A stretch of 63,996 nucleotides of DNA, filler included, from Candidatus Woesearchaeota archaeon (GTDB taxonomy: Archaea > Nanobdellota > Nanobdellia > Woesearchaeales > BM511), in assembly GCA_023266675.1 (NCBI GenBank). It is 4 parts of 4 records of this genome, joined end to end, with 100 filler letters (N's around TTAATTAATTAA, not from the genome) between each part and the next. Parts side by side here need not be neighbours in the genome. Positions count along the whole stretch, not along the records: positions 1 to 16,468 come from JAHFPP010000028.1; 3 more parts are not named here. One strand, 5' to 3'. Shown piece after piece: positions 1 to 9,078 of this stretch (positions are counted from its first letter, which is position 1; every line of letters starts with the position of its first letter). Below the pieces are notes generated by a model. That model saw only the letters and a list, made by a program, of their open reading frames with translations. It was not told the origin of the DNA and did no database searches. The position numbers and the translations under genes were made by a program.

Positions 1-2079
1 TCTTTGCATATCTGCAAGTTCGGATTCCTTTGCTTTGATTTCTTCGTCGACTTCCTTTTCAAGGAATGCGCCTGTGCTTGAGGAACGTTTTCTAAATCCT
101 CCCTGCATAGCGCCAGATACTTCTGTTAAGTCGCCGTCCATTGTTACCATCTTGCATGATCCTATTCCTATTTTTCTTGCGCGCTCAATGTCGTCAACAA
201 TTAACGCGCCGCCAAACACGTGTGAAAACACATTCTTGAATTTTGGGTCGTAAGTTGTGAGTTCCTGGGCAAGGCCTTTTACGCCAGTAGAATTCTTTAT
301 TGTATGTATATTTTCATGTATGGTTGCAGGTTTTATTTTGTTTAAAGGCAAAAATGATGCTGTTCCAAGCTGTTTTTCCTTTAAGTGTTTTATGCACATT
401 GCAGCAACTTTATCGTCTTCAACAACTATGGAGAATATTCTGTTTCCTGCTGCAACTTCAAGCGCTTGCGAGTATTCAGAATTAGCTTTTCCAAGTTCAG
501 ATACTGTTCCATAAACGCCATGAAATATGTCTTTTTGTGAGAGTATTGATTTGATTGCTTCGTTTCCCTGTATTCGTTCAAGAAGTGCGTCTGCCTTTGC
601 TCTTAGTCGTGATGACTCTTCTTCTGCGCGAAGAGCCTTTTGCCTTGCATTTTGAAGTTGTGCGGAAAATGAGGAGTCTTCATTTAATCGTGTATTTAGT
701 TCAACTGTTGATTTCTTGAATTCGATTCTCATCTGGGTGAGCTTTTCTATATCTTTCTTATTTTCATTCTTGACAATCATGACTTTTTCCATCTTTTCGT
801 CAATGCTTTTTTCTTTTAGTTCAAGTTTGTCTTTTTCTCGCAGAAGGTTCTGTTCTTCAATTCTTAGTTTTTGGATTTCTTCCTGGTTGATGTCTGCTTT
901 TTTGTCAAGTTCATCTATTTCTTTTTCTTTTTCTGCTGCACCTGCAATGTTATGTTTCTTTTTGAAATCCTCAATTCTCACTTCAATTGATTCCTGTTCT
1001 TTCTTATTTGCCTCTTTTCTCTTTTCAAGTTCGGTTTTTTGTTTTGAGAGCCTGTCAAGCTTTTCGTCGTGTTCTTTTTTTCCGTATTCAAGCTGCGTGA
1101 TTCGCTGGATTATTCTCTCAATTTCTGCTGTAAGACTTTGCACTCTAGTTTTGTTTTGCGCTTCCTCAACCTTGATGTTTTCAATGTCTTTTTGGATTCG
1201 TATCTGCTCTTTGTCGCCTTTCTCTTCAACTTCCCTGTTTATCTTGTTCTGTTCTTCTCGTCTTGAAGCTATATCCTGTTTTAGCTTGTTTATTTCTGCC
1301 TGTATGAGTGAGACTTCTTTTCGTGCAGCGTTTGACTGAACATCAAGCTGATTGATTTCCTTATTTCTTTTTTCTACGTTTACGCTTAGAAGTGTTGCCT
1401 TGTTTGACTTTATTTTGTCATCTAAGTCCTTGAATTTTGATGCCTGGTCCCTTTCTTTTTTAAGTTCTTTTAGATACCCGCCACGTTCAGTCATTATTAT
1501 CTCTGACTCTTTTAGCCGAAGGTTGACCTGTTCTATCTGTGCAAGAGCTTTTGTTCTTTTTTCCTCGTAAACTGAAATTCCGCCGACTTCCTCGATTATT
1601 CCCCGCCTTTCAATTGGACTCATCTCGACAAATCGTATGATATCCCCCTGGAGAATTATGTTGTATCCATCCGGATTTATTTTTGCAATTGACAAAAGGT
1701 CAAGTATCTGCTGGCGTGTTATTGTTTTGTCGTTTAACTTATATATTGACTGACCATTTGGCCTTACTATTCGTGATATTTTTACTTCATTTGTGTCTAC
1801 AGGAAAAACTTTTTTTAGATTATCAAACCAGATTGAAACTTCTCCTTCTTTAGATGGATTTTTTGATTTACCTCCATTATAGATTAAGTTTGATGTTTTT
1901 TCTGCACGAAGCCCCTTTGCGCCAGATTTTCCAAGAACAAAGCATATTGCATCCATGACATTTGATTTTCCAGAGCCGTTTGGACCAAGAACACAGTTGA
2001 ATGTATCTCCAAATACAAGCTCAGTTCGTTTGGCAAAAGATTTGAATCCGTGAAGGACCATCTTATTGATTTTTGTCAT
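1..2079 (-). CDS. smc: Chromosome segregation protein SMC (N-terminal part, runs off window start)
   Basis: Not in the ORF track; manual minus-strand translation from ATG 2079 gives MTKINKMVLHGFKSFAKRTEL...LGPNGSGKSNVMDAI (Walker A), then long coiled coil and hinge-like region; GGTGA upstream. Confidence 0.95.
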   Translation of the reverse strand, partial: MTKINKMVLHGFKSFAKRTELVFGDTFNCVLGPNGSGKSNVMDAICFVLGKSGAKGLRAEKTSNLIYNGGKSKNPSKEGEVSIWFDNLKKVFPVDTNEVKISRIVRPNGQSIYKLNDKTITRQQILDLLSIAKINPDGYNIILQGDIIRFVEMSPIERRGIIEEVGGISVYEEKRTKALAQIEQVNLRLKESEIIMTERGGYLKELKKERDQASKFKDLDDKIKSNKATLLSVNVEKRNKEINQLDVQSNAARKEVSLIQAEINKLKQDIASRREEQNKINREVEEKGDKEQIRIQKDIENIKVEEAQNKTRVQSLTAEIERIIQRITQLEYGKKEHDEKLDRLSKQKTELEKRKEANKKEQESIEVRIEDFKKKHNIAGAAEKEKEIDELDKKADINQEEIQKLRIEEQNLLREKDKLELKEKSIDEKMEKVMIVKNENKKDIEKLTQMRIEFKKSTVELNTRLNEDSSFSAQLQNARQKALRAEEESSRLRAKADALLERIQGNEAIKSILSQKDIFHGVYGTVSELGKANSEYSQALEVAAGNRIFSIVVEDDKVAAMCIKHLKEKQLGTASFLPLNKIKPATIHENIHTIKNSTGVKGLAQELTTYDPKFKNVFSHVFGGALIVDDIERARKIGIGSCKMVTMDGDLTEVSGAMQGGFRKRSSSTGAFLEKEVDEEIKAKESELADMQR

Positions 2080-2239
2080 CTATTACATTCACCTACTCCC
2101 ACAGACTATTTTGAAAAGCTAGAGATTTATAAGGTTTGCGGAAAAAGTGAGGATTAAACTTGTTAATTGCTAAAATTAGTGATTATATTATTAGTATCGA
2201 TTCTAGGTAAACTTTGTTTATTGTAAGTATTGTAAAAAA

Positions 2240-3106
2240 TTATTGGCATAAATTGCTCATTGCATTACATGTTAGACCATTGCAGCAACCACCGTTAGGC
2301 GAAGAAGCCAAACAATTCTGACCACTCTGGACGCATGAAGGTGCAGGAGTAGAACATAAATTAGTAGAAGTGTCACATGTTAGCCCTGAACAGCAACCAC
2401 CATTAGGAGAAGAAGCCAAACAATTCTGACCAGATTGAACACAAGAAGGTGCTGGTGTCGAACACAAATAAGAGGACATATCACAAACTAAACCAGAACA
2501 GCATCCACCATTAGGAGAACTAGCAACACAATTCTGACCACTAGAAACACATTGTGTTTGTGGTGTTGAACAAAGATAAGTCGAATTATCACAAGTCAAT
2601 CCAGAACAGCATCCACCATTAGGAGAAGAAGCCAAACAATTCTGACCAGATTGAACACAGGAAGGTGCTGGTGTCGAACACAAATAAGAGGACATGTCAC
2701 AAACTAAACCTGAACAACAACCACTATTAGGAGAACTAGCAACACAATTCTGACCAGACGGAACACATTGTGTTTGTGGTGTTTAACAAAGATAAGTCGA
2801 ATTATCACAAGTCAATCCAGAACAGCAACCACCATTAGGCGAAGAAGCCAAACAATTCTGACCAGATTGAACACAAGAAGGTGCTGGTGTTGAAATAGTA
2901 CAAATTCCGTTTGTACAAGTTTGAGTTATTGGACACGGATTTGCATCTGAACAGGCAGTACAAAGAAAAGCAGTACAGTTTCCATTATCACAGATAAACC
3001 CGTTTGAGCATTCTGCTGATGTCAGACATGTTGATGATTGACCGGAACAACCGTATAAGAATAAAGCCATAAACAAGAGCCCAATGAATAAATTGGTTCG
3101 TTTCAT
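2240..3106 (-). pseudogene. Secreted/lipid-anchored Cys-rich repeat protein interrupted by one in-frame TAA (2783-2785)
   Basis: ORFs 2783..3106 and 2240..2695 are in the same frame; TAA corresponds to TCA (Ser) in the sister repeat at 2567-2569; N-terminal signal MKRTNLFIGLLFMALFLYGC (lipobox-like). Confidence 0.75.
2246..2893 (-). repeat. Six tandem 108-bp (36-aa) Cys-rich coding repeats, order A-B-A-B-A-A
   Basis: Units STPAPSCVQSGQNCLASSPNGGCCSGLTCDNSTYLC (A) and STPQTQCVxSGQNCVASSPNxGCCSGLVCDMSSYLC (B) read directly. Confidence 0.95.
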
Positions 3107-3258
3107 GGAATAGATTTGATTAATAGCTATATAATATTACCTATTATCAATTAGGTTAGTGCATTGTTAAGGTTCATATGATGTTATAAGAAGAGATTAT
3201 TGATAATATGAAAACAAATAATATCAATTTAAATATGAAGAGTTGATAATAAAGTATT

Positions 3259-3750
3259 ATGGGTCTTCACAAAAATCAAGCATTGCATAAATTGTTTAGA
3301 TTTAGCATCGCGTTAAAAGCTATTAATGGTGTTATTGAGGTAATAATTGGAGCATTTCTTCTGTTTATAAGTTCACAGAAAGTTGTAAGCTTTGTGCAGA
3401 CTGCAGCAAGACAGGAGCTTATTGAAAATCCGCATGATTTTATAAGCGCTTATTTTTTTAACCTTTCACAGAATTTTTCACTTAGCACTCAGCATTTTGT
3501 TGCAATATATCTTCTTGTTAATGGCATTATAAAAATAGTACTGATAGCAGGATTATGGAGAGGAAAAACATGGGCGTACCCCACTGCAGGCATAGCATTG
3601 TCTTTGCTTGTAGGGTATTCAATTTTTAGGGTATTACTTCATTTTTCATTTATTTTGCTGATAATGATTATAGTAGATATGGTTATATTGATGCTTCTGC
3701 ATTTTGAATATGAAAGAACCACAAACAGCAAGTCTAAGAATCATAAATGA
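3259..3750 (+). CDS. Membrane protein, DUF2127-like
   Basis: Four TM segments; SIALKAINGVIE, ELIENPHDF, GLWRGKTWAYP patterns. Confidence 0.75.
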   Translation: MGLHKNQALHKLFRFSIALKAINGVIEVIIGAFLLFISSQKVVSFVQTAARQELIENPHDFISAYFFNLSQNFSLSTQHFVAIYLLVNGIIKIVLIAGLWRGKTWAYPTAGIALSLLVGYSIFRVLLHFSFILLIMIIVDMVILMLLHFEYERTTNSKSKNHK

Positions 3751-3798
3751 AGTTTTGATTAAATACTTTTTTAAATAAATAGTTACTTCCTAGTAGAG

Positions 3799-4728
3799 AT
3801 GAATAAGAGTTATGAAGAATTATTTAGGAGATTGAAAAATGAAAGAGAGAACAATATTAGGCAAAATAAGATTATTGAAGGAAGAGATTATACTGTAAAT
3901 GTTAGCGGTAATTTCAAAAAAAGCATTGCACACGTTGCGCCTATTGAGAAATTTGAATATGGTGTTTTTGACAATGTCAGGATTTATCTTCTACATTCAA
4001 AAATTAGTTTTCAGCCTGGAGATATTGTGACAGCAAAGATAGTATTTACTGAATATAAGCACGCATTTGGTGATGTTGTTGAAAATAAAGGATGTTTTTT
4101 GGATGAATACATAGATTCTGGAGAACGCTTTAATGTTAATCTTACAAGCAGAAGTCGAGTTAATGTTAGAGATGCTATAAGTGACCCGTATTATTTTAAT
4201 GGCGGACTTTTTGGTTCATTTGCAATTATTAGAAATGTAAAGTTTAAACCGGTTAAACGAACACTCGATGGAGTATCATACCATCAATCTAGGGTAAAAG
4301 TTGTTTCAAAAGGTCTAGATAAGAATCAAAGATATGTAGTAATAACAGAACCTCAGATTCAGCAGTTAGATGATCTTAAAAAAGAGATTTTTGTTGGTAT
4401 AATTGAGGAAAATCCAACATATAAACCAAGTCCGCGCCTTGTTTATCCAAATCTTGATGATATACAGCCAAATTATTTTGGGCTACAGAGAAATTTTGGG
4501 ATATATGCCTATTTTAATGGAGATACGAAAGCTATAATTAAAAGAAATGGTGTTATGGATATCAGCAATAGTTCAGTTATTGATGGAATTGAAAAACTCG
4601 TAAATATGTCTACAGATGATGATAATAAGATAGTCATTACAGGCAGAAGTACGTATGAAAAAGTCAATCAGGGAATTGTTGAACTTGGATACAGTCCTGA
4701 AGAATTATTGAGAGTAAAGAAAAGATAA
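3799..4728 (+). CDS. Hypothetical protein with TRAM-like beta-barrel region
   Basis: GRDYTVNV...PGDIVTAKIV...HAFGDVV resembles TRAM consensus; 309-aa ORF. Confidence 0.45.
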   Translation: MNKSYEELFRRLKNERENNIRQNKIIEGRDYTVNVSGNFKKSIAHVAPIEKFEYGVFDNVRIYLLHSKISFQPGDIVTAKIVFTEYKHAFGDVVENKGCFLDEYIDSGERFNVNLTSRSRVNVRDAISDPYYFNGGLFGSFAIIRNVKFKPVKRTLDGVSYHQSRVKVVSKGLDKNQRYVVITEPQIQQLDDLKKEIFVGIIEENPTYKPSPRLVYPNLDDIQPNYFGLQRNFGIYAYFNGDTKAIIKRNGVMDISNSSVIDGIEKLVNMSTDDDNKIVITGRSTYEKVNQGIVELGYSPEELLRVKKR

Positions 4729-4739
4729 TTTAAAAAGTA

Positions 4740-5036
4740 TTATTCAATATTTAGAGCCCGCATAATCTTGTCAAGCTTCTGGTTTATTTCGTCAAATTCA
4801 AATGACTCATCTTCTTCATCTCGTCTTGATGAAGGTTTTTCATTCTTTCGAAAGCATGCACTGCAGTAAACAGGTTTGTCACCTGTAGGTCTGAATGGTA
4901 CTTCGCATTCGTCGCCGCATTTGTCACAGATTACAGTATGCATTCTTTTTTCAAAGCTGCCGGAGCTTCTTTTAAAGCTTGGCCTGTCATTACGGTCTTC
5001 TCTTCCAAATTGCTTAGCGCCTGTCATTCTTCTCAT
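4740..5036 (-). CDS. CxxC-x17-CxxC domain protein
   Basis: CDKCGDECEVPFRPTGDKPVYCSACF motif. Confidence 0.9.
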   Translation of the reverse strand: MRRMTGAKQFGREDRNDRPSFKRSSGSFEKRMHTVICDKCGDECEVPFRPTGDKPVYCSACFRKNEKPSSRRDEEDESFEFDEINQKLDKIMRALNIE

Positions 5037-5153
5037 AAATTCAAGAAAATAATGAGGTTATATAAATCTATGCAAAATAAAATGAGAGTAACTAATAAAA
5101 AGGAAAGTTAACAATAAAAAATTATTTAAATAAGTTTTAAGATAATTACAAAT

Positions 5154-6350
5154 ATGCTTTTTGAATTTATTATTGCACTGCTTCTAGGGATACTGATTGG
5201 GACAATTTCAGGACTTACACCTGGCGTTCACATTAATCTTGTGAGTGTTATTCTTGTTTCAATGTCACCTGCGCTTTTATTGTATACATCCCCAATAGTT
5301 TTGGCTGTATTTATTATTTCTATGAGCATAACGCACACGTTTCTTGATGCTGTTCCGTCTATTTATCTTGGAGCGCCTGATGACGCGCAGGCAATGGGAG
5401 CGCTGCCAGGTCATCGACTACTTTTAAAAGGAAAGGGATATGCCGCAGTGTATCTAACTGTTTTTGGAAGCCTTGGCGGACTAATCCTTGCAATTCTTTT
5501 TATACCAATATTGTTTAAGGCTTTCCTTGTTCTTTATCCAATTATTAGAGAGTATATCGGTTATTTTCTATTATTGATTGTAATTGTCATGATTTTTAAA
5601 GATAAATTCACATTTTGGGCTTTGTTTTTATTTTTGCTTTCAGGCTCACTTGGATTAATAGTGTTTTCTATGCCAAACTTAAAAGAACCGCTGTTTCCAA
5701 TGCTCTCTGGCATATTTGGTGTTTCAACGCTTTTATTATCGCTTCTTGAAAAAGTCAAGATTCCAAAACAGGAAATAAAAAAGCCGAAAATTCAAAAAGA
5801 GCTTGCGCTAAAAGCTGTCAGCTCTTCAACTTTTGCAGGGACATTGATTTCATTTCTGCCTGGTCTAGGCCCTGCACAGGGCGCCGTCGTGGCTCAGGGG
5901 ATTACACGCAATCTTGGCGACGAAGGTTTCTTAATTCTTGTCGGTGGGATAAACACTGTTGGCATGATGATTTCACTTGTAACACTTTACGTTTTGGAAA
6001 AAGCAAGAAATGGAAGCGTGATTGCGATATCAAAACTTATGGAGATAAACTTAGCTCAGTTTTTTGTTTTGGTGTTTGCATCATTGATTGTCGGTGTTTT
6101 ATGCTTTTACCTGTCGCTTTTTATTGCAAAAAGGTTTTCTTCCTTAATTACAAAAGTTAATTATCAGGCGATAATTGTTATAATAATATTATTTGTTTCT
6201 TCGCTTACTTTGTTTTTATCAGGGTGGATTGGTCTATTTATTTTGATTATATCAACGTCAATTGGACTGATAGCGCCTCTTAAAGGAGTTCAGCGTAGCC
6301 ATGCAATGGGATGCTTGATACTGCCTGTTATACTTTATTTTTTGATTTGA
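5154..6350 (+). CDS. Tripartite tricarboxylate transporter TctA family (DUF112) membrane protein
   Basis: GLTPGVHIN, PSIYLGAPD, LPGHRLLLKGKG motifs; many TM helices. Confidence 0.85.
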   Translation: MLFEFIIALLLGILIGTISGLTPGVHINLVSVILVSMSPALLLYTSPIVLAVFIISMSITHTFLDAVPSIYLGAPDDAQAMGALPGHRLLLKGKGYAAVYLTVFGSLGGLILAILFIPILFKAFLVLYPIIREYIGYFLLLIVIVMIFKDKFTFWALFLFLLSGSLGLIVFSMPNLKEPLFPMLSGIFGVSTLLLSLLEKVKIPKQEIKKPKIQKELALKAVSSSTFAGTLISFLPGLGPAQGAVVAQGITRNLGDEGFLILVGGINTVGMMISLVTLYVLEKARNGSVIAISKLMEINLAQFFVLVFASLIVGVLCFYLSLFIAKRFSSLITKVNYQAIIVIIILFVSSLTLFLSGWIGLFILIISTSIGLIAPLKGVQRSHAMGCLILPVILYFLI

Positions 6351-6422
6351 TTCTTAGATGCCGTGCCAAAACAGGTTTATCAATCGAAACGTTTAAAAAC
6401 AGGCAATAATTTCTTAAGGTTT

Positions 6423-6680
6423 ATGAACGCAACAATAGTAAATTTTAGAATGGGAAGACACCACCAATACGATAACCAGATGATTGTAAAGCTTGATTCA
6501 ACAGAATCACGTGAAAAAGCAGAGAAAATGATTGGCAAAACAGTTGTATGGACGTCCCCTGCAGGAAAAGAAATCGCTGGCAAAGTACGTTCAGCACACG
6601 GCAATAAAGGCGCTCTACGAGTCTTGTTTGAGACAGGAATGCCAGGACAGGCAGTCGGCGCAAAAGTAAGCTTAAAATAA
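6423..6680 (+). CDS. rpl35ae: 50S ribosomal protein L35Ae
   Basis: IGKTVVWTSPAGK..GKVRSAHGNKGALRVLFETGMPGQA; ATG at 6423 preferred over upstream GTG. Confidence 0.93.
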   Translation: MNATIVNFRMGRHHQYDNQMIVKLDSTESREKAEKMIGKTVVWTSPAGKEIAGKVRSAHGNKGALRVLFETGMPGQAVGAKVSLK

Positions 6681-6734
6681 TTTTTCTTCAAATTTTTAGC
6701 AATATTCTTATATAAGATTATTATTTAAAGAAGT

Positions 6735-7289
6735 ATGAAGATACTGCTCTACGGATTTAAATCTTATAATCATTGGAAGAAAAATATTACTGAATCTGTT
6801 GTTGAGAAAGTTTCTGATAACAAAGATATTGTGAAAGTGGTTTTTCCTTTAAGGCTAAATAAAAGAATTTTCTTAAAAAAAATTAAAGAAACAATGCCAG
6901 ACTTGATTATTGGTCTAGGTCAGCATGAAAATGGTGACAAGTTTCGGATTGAACGTAAAGCAATAAATGTCAAGCGGAAGAATTTAAAGTCAGAGCCAAC
7001 ATACCTTTCAAAGACAAAACCGCACCATTATTTTTTAAGCATGATTCTTGACGAAGATTCAGATTCTTGGCATTCTTACAACGCTGGCGACAACGTTTCA
7101 AATTACTCTATGTATATAATATCCCATTTCTGCAAAAACATAAAATTCGCTTTTATCAACATTCCTAAAAACACGGATTTGAATAAAACTGCGACGTTTG
7201 TTGAAAGAAAAATAAAAGAATCCGAGAAAAAGTTCATGCCAAAAGGTGAGCAGTCAAGCCTTAAGAGTTTTGTAAAAAGCAAGAAATGA
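6735..7289 (+). CDS. Pyroglutamyl peptidase I (C15)-like protein with degenerate catalytic residues
   Basis: KILLYGF, PDLIIGLGQ, IERKAIN, SYNAGDNVSN, FAFINIP align with the C15 family. Confidence 0.75.
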   Translation: MKILLYGFKSYNHWKKNITESVVEKVSDNKDIVKVVFPLRLNKRIFLKKIKETMPDLIIGLGQHENGDKFRIERKAINVKRKNLKSEPTYLSKTKPHHYFLSMILDEDSDSWHSYNAGDNVSNYSMYIISHFCKNIKFAFINIPKNTDLNKTATFVERKIKESEKKFMPKGEQSSLKSFVKSKK

Positions 7290-7483
7290 ATATAATTTTA
7301 AAAAAATTAATTAAGACTTTTTCTGTCAGGCGAAAGAAGTTTTGCAATGTATTCGTCTTCACTGCTTAGTTTTCTTAAACCTAAAAGACCGGTTAAGATG
7401 TATACTCATTGATTATAGAGTGAATACCTTGTTCCAGATTAACATGTCATAAATTTTTTTGAAGCTATTATCCCTTTTCTGTT

Positions 7484-8986
7484 TTAGATTTGTTTAATAG
7501 GATTATTAGATTTAATTTTTACAACTAAATTTTTGATATCATTTATTATTTTTGTTCTTAGACTATTTATCTCCTGAGCAACATATTTTTGCGTTAACGC
7601 ATCAGGATGATTACAATGAACCATTTTTATCTCAATAAGTTGTCTTAGATTTTTTACATCTTGTTCAATATTCTCAACATCCAGCAGAAGATATGTTAAA
7701 ATAGGAGTTAATGGTGAATCTTTGGAAATTTCCTCAATTTCTTTCTTGATTCTTAAACTAACTAAATCTAATTGATGAGTTAATCCTTTTAACTTTTTAA
7801 TGTAATCTGAAGACAATTCTTTTGAGTTCCAAATCCAATATAATTGTATATTCAAAGTTTTAGTGACTAATATTGTATAAGCTTCATTTAATTCTTCTTC
7901 AATCTTTATTTTTTTTATATCCCATGTTTTAAGGGTTTTATAATTTGTTATAGTACTTACTGCCATAAAGAATGGAGTACCTCCAATCTTTGACCCTACT
8001 GCTGCAGCAACTGAAGGATGCACACCTGGAAACAAAGAGAGTGCCGCTATAGGAACAGCCTCAAAAGCGTAGGTAGCAATGACTGCAGGAATATTTCGTC
8101 CAATAATTTTTAAAGTGTCCTTAATCAAGGTTATGTGCTCATTATATACTTTAGTTGGATCTCTAAATATTTTTTTCATATTAAACACATACCAAGTTGG
8201 GATAAAGGTTACTATTGCAAAGACATAGTTTCCAATAGCGTTACCAATTACGGCGCCAATTATTCTGTCATCAGAAAGCGAATAAACAAACCATGCACCA
8301 ACAACGCTTCCAAAAGTACCTATAACTTCCCCCATTGCTAATGCAACGTTATATTTTATAATCATATCATTAGTGTTATATGCATTTATTATTTCTTTTT
8401 TTGAAGGAAGTTGAAGAAGATTTTTCAATTTTTTACCTATGCCTTCAGGAGGCATCAATTGGTGAAATAATGGCAAAAGAGTCGAATTTGTATCTTTTTC
8501 CAGTTGAAGATAAATATGATTAATTTTATTTTGTAAATCGCTTAACTCTTCAACTCCTTTGTTAAGATTATAATTCCGATTTAATTTAATCTCATTAAGT
8601 ATAATAATCTGTTTATCAAAAATACTGATAAGTTCATTAATATATGATTCTTTAGCATGGATAAAATTTGCGAATGAATTGATTATATGTTTTAGTTCAT
8701 CATTATCTGCTTTAGAAATATTAAAGGCCATTAACTCTTTATAATTTTTAGAGTGTCTTTTTATTGAAGCAAAAAGTGGTTTTTCAAGACCATCAATAAG
8801 TCCATATAAGTCTAAAATATCTTTTTGGACATTTTTGTACTTCTCTTGTTTCAAATCTTTCTTTAATCTAGCTAGTCTCGTATTTACTTCCTTCTGAGAT
8901 TCATGTTTTATTTTTGCGGCATTAACAACCCCTTTATGAATTAATTCCATGTATTTCAATAATTTTGCAAGTTCATCGTTTACCAT
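7484..8986 (-). CDS. Hypothetical coiled-coil protein with central Gly/Ala-rich hydrophobic (TM) region
   Basis: 500-aa ORF; helical N- and C-termini, hydrophobic block approx aa 210-345. Confidence 0.7.
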   Translation of the reverse strand: MVNDELAKLLKYMELIHKGVVNAAKIKHESQKEVNTRLARLKKDLKQEKYKNVQKDILDLYGLIDGLEKPLFASIKRHSKNYKELMAFNISKADNDELKHIINSFANFIHAKESYINELISIFDKQIIILNEIKLNRNYNLNKGVEELSDLQNKINHIYLQLEKDTNSTLLPLFHQLMPPEGIGKKLKNLLQLPSKKEIINAYNTNDMIIKYNVALAMGEVIGTFGSVVGAWFVYSLSDDRIIGAVIGNAIGNYVFAIVTFIPTWYVFNMKKIFRDPTKVYNEHITLIKDTLKIIGRNIPAVIATYAFEAVPIAALSLFPGVHPSVAAAVGSKIGGTPFFMAVSTITNYKTLKTWDIKKIKIEEELNEAYTILVTKTLNIQLYWIWNSKELSSDYIKKLKGLTHQLDLVSLRIKKEIEEISKDSPLTPILTYLLLDVENIEQDVKNLRQLIEIKMVHCNHPDALTQKYVAQEINSLRTKIINDIKNLVVKIKSNNPIKQI

Positions 8987-9078
8987 TTTATTATTATGAA
9001 TTGACTAGAGAAGTTTAATAATGTTTTGATTATAGTTACAATGTCCGAATAGGTATAGATTATTAAGTTTTAAGATTT

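Noticed and set aside
35..1570. Plus-strand Ser/Phe/Leu-rich ORFs that look like membrane proteins
   Set aside because: Antisense shadows of the Lys/Glu-rich smc coding strand; the same applies to most short overlapping antisense ORFs in the track
2080..2095. ATG-TAA start-stop micro-ORF just upstream of smc
   Set aside because: That ATG directly abuts the GGTGA RBS; the spacing fits the downstream smc ATG, so it is likely chance
2783..2785. Stop-codon reassignment (alternative genetic code)
   Set aside because: TAA terminates many conserved genes here at the expected positions (e.g. rps12, rps7, valS)
2246..2893. Repeats as a possible CRISPR array or DGR template/variable region
   Set aside because: Units are contiguous, in-frame 108-bp coding repeats with no unique spacers; no cas or reverse transcriptase genes in the window
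7290..7483. Possible gene remnant in the intergenic region
   Set aside because: Only short open stretches without a convincing start or recognisable motif
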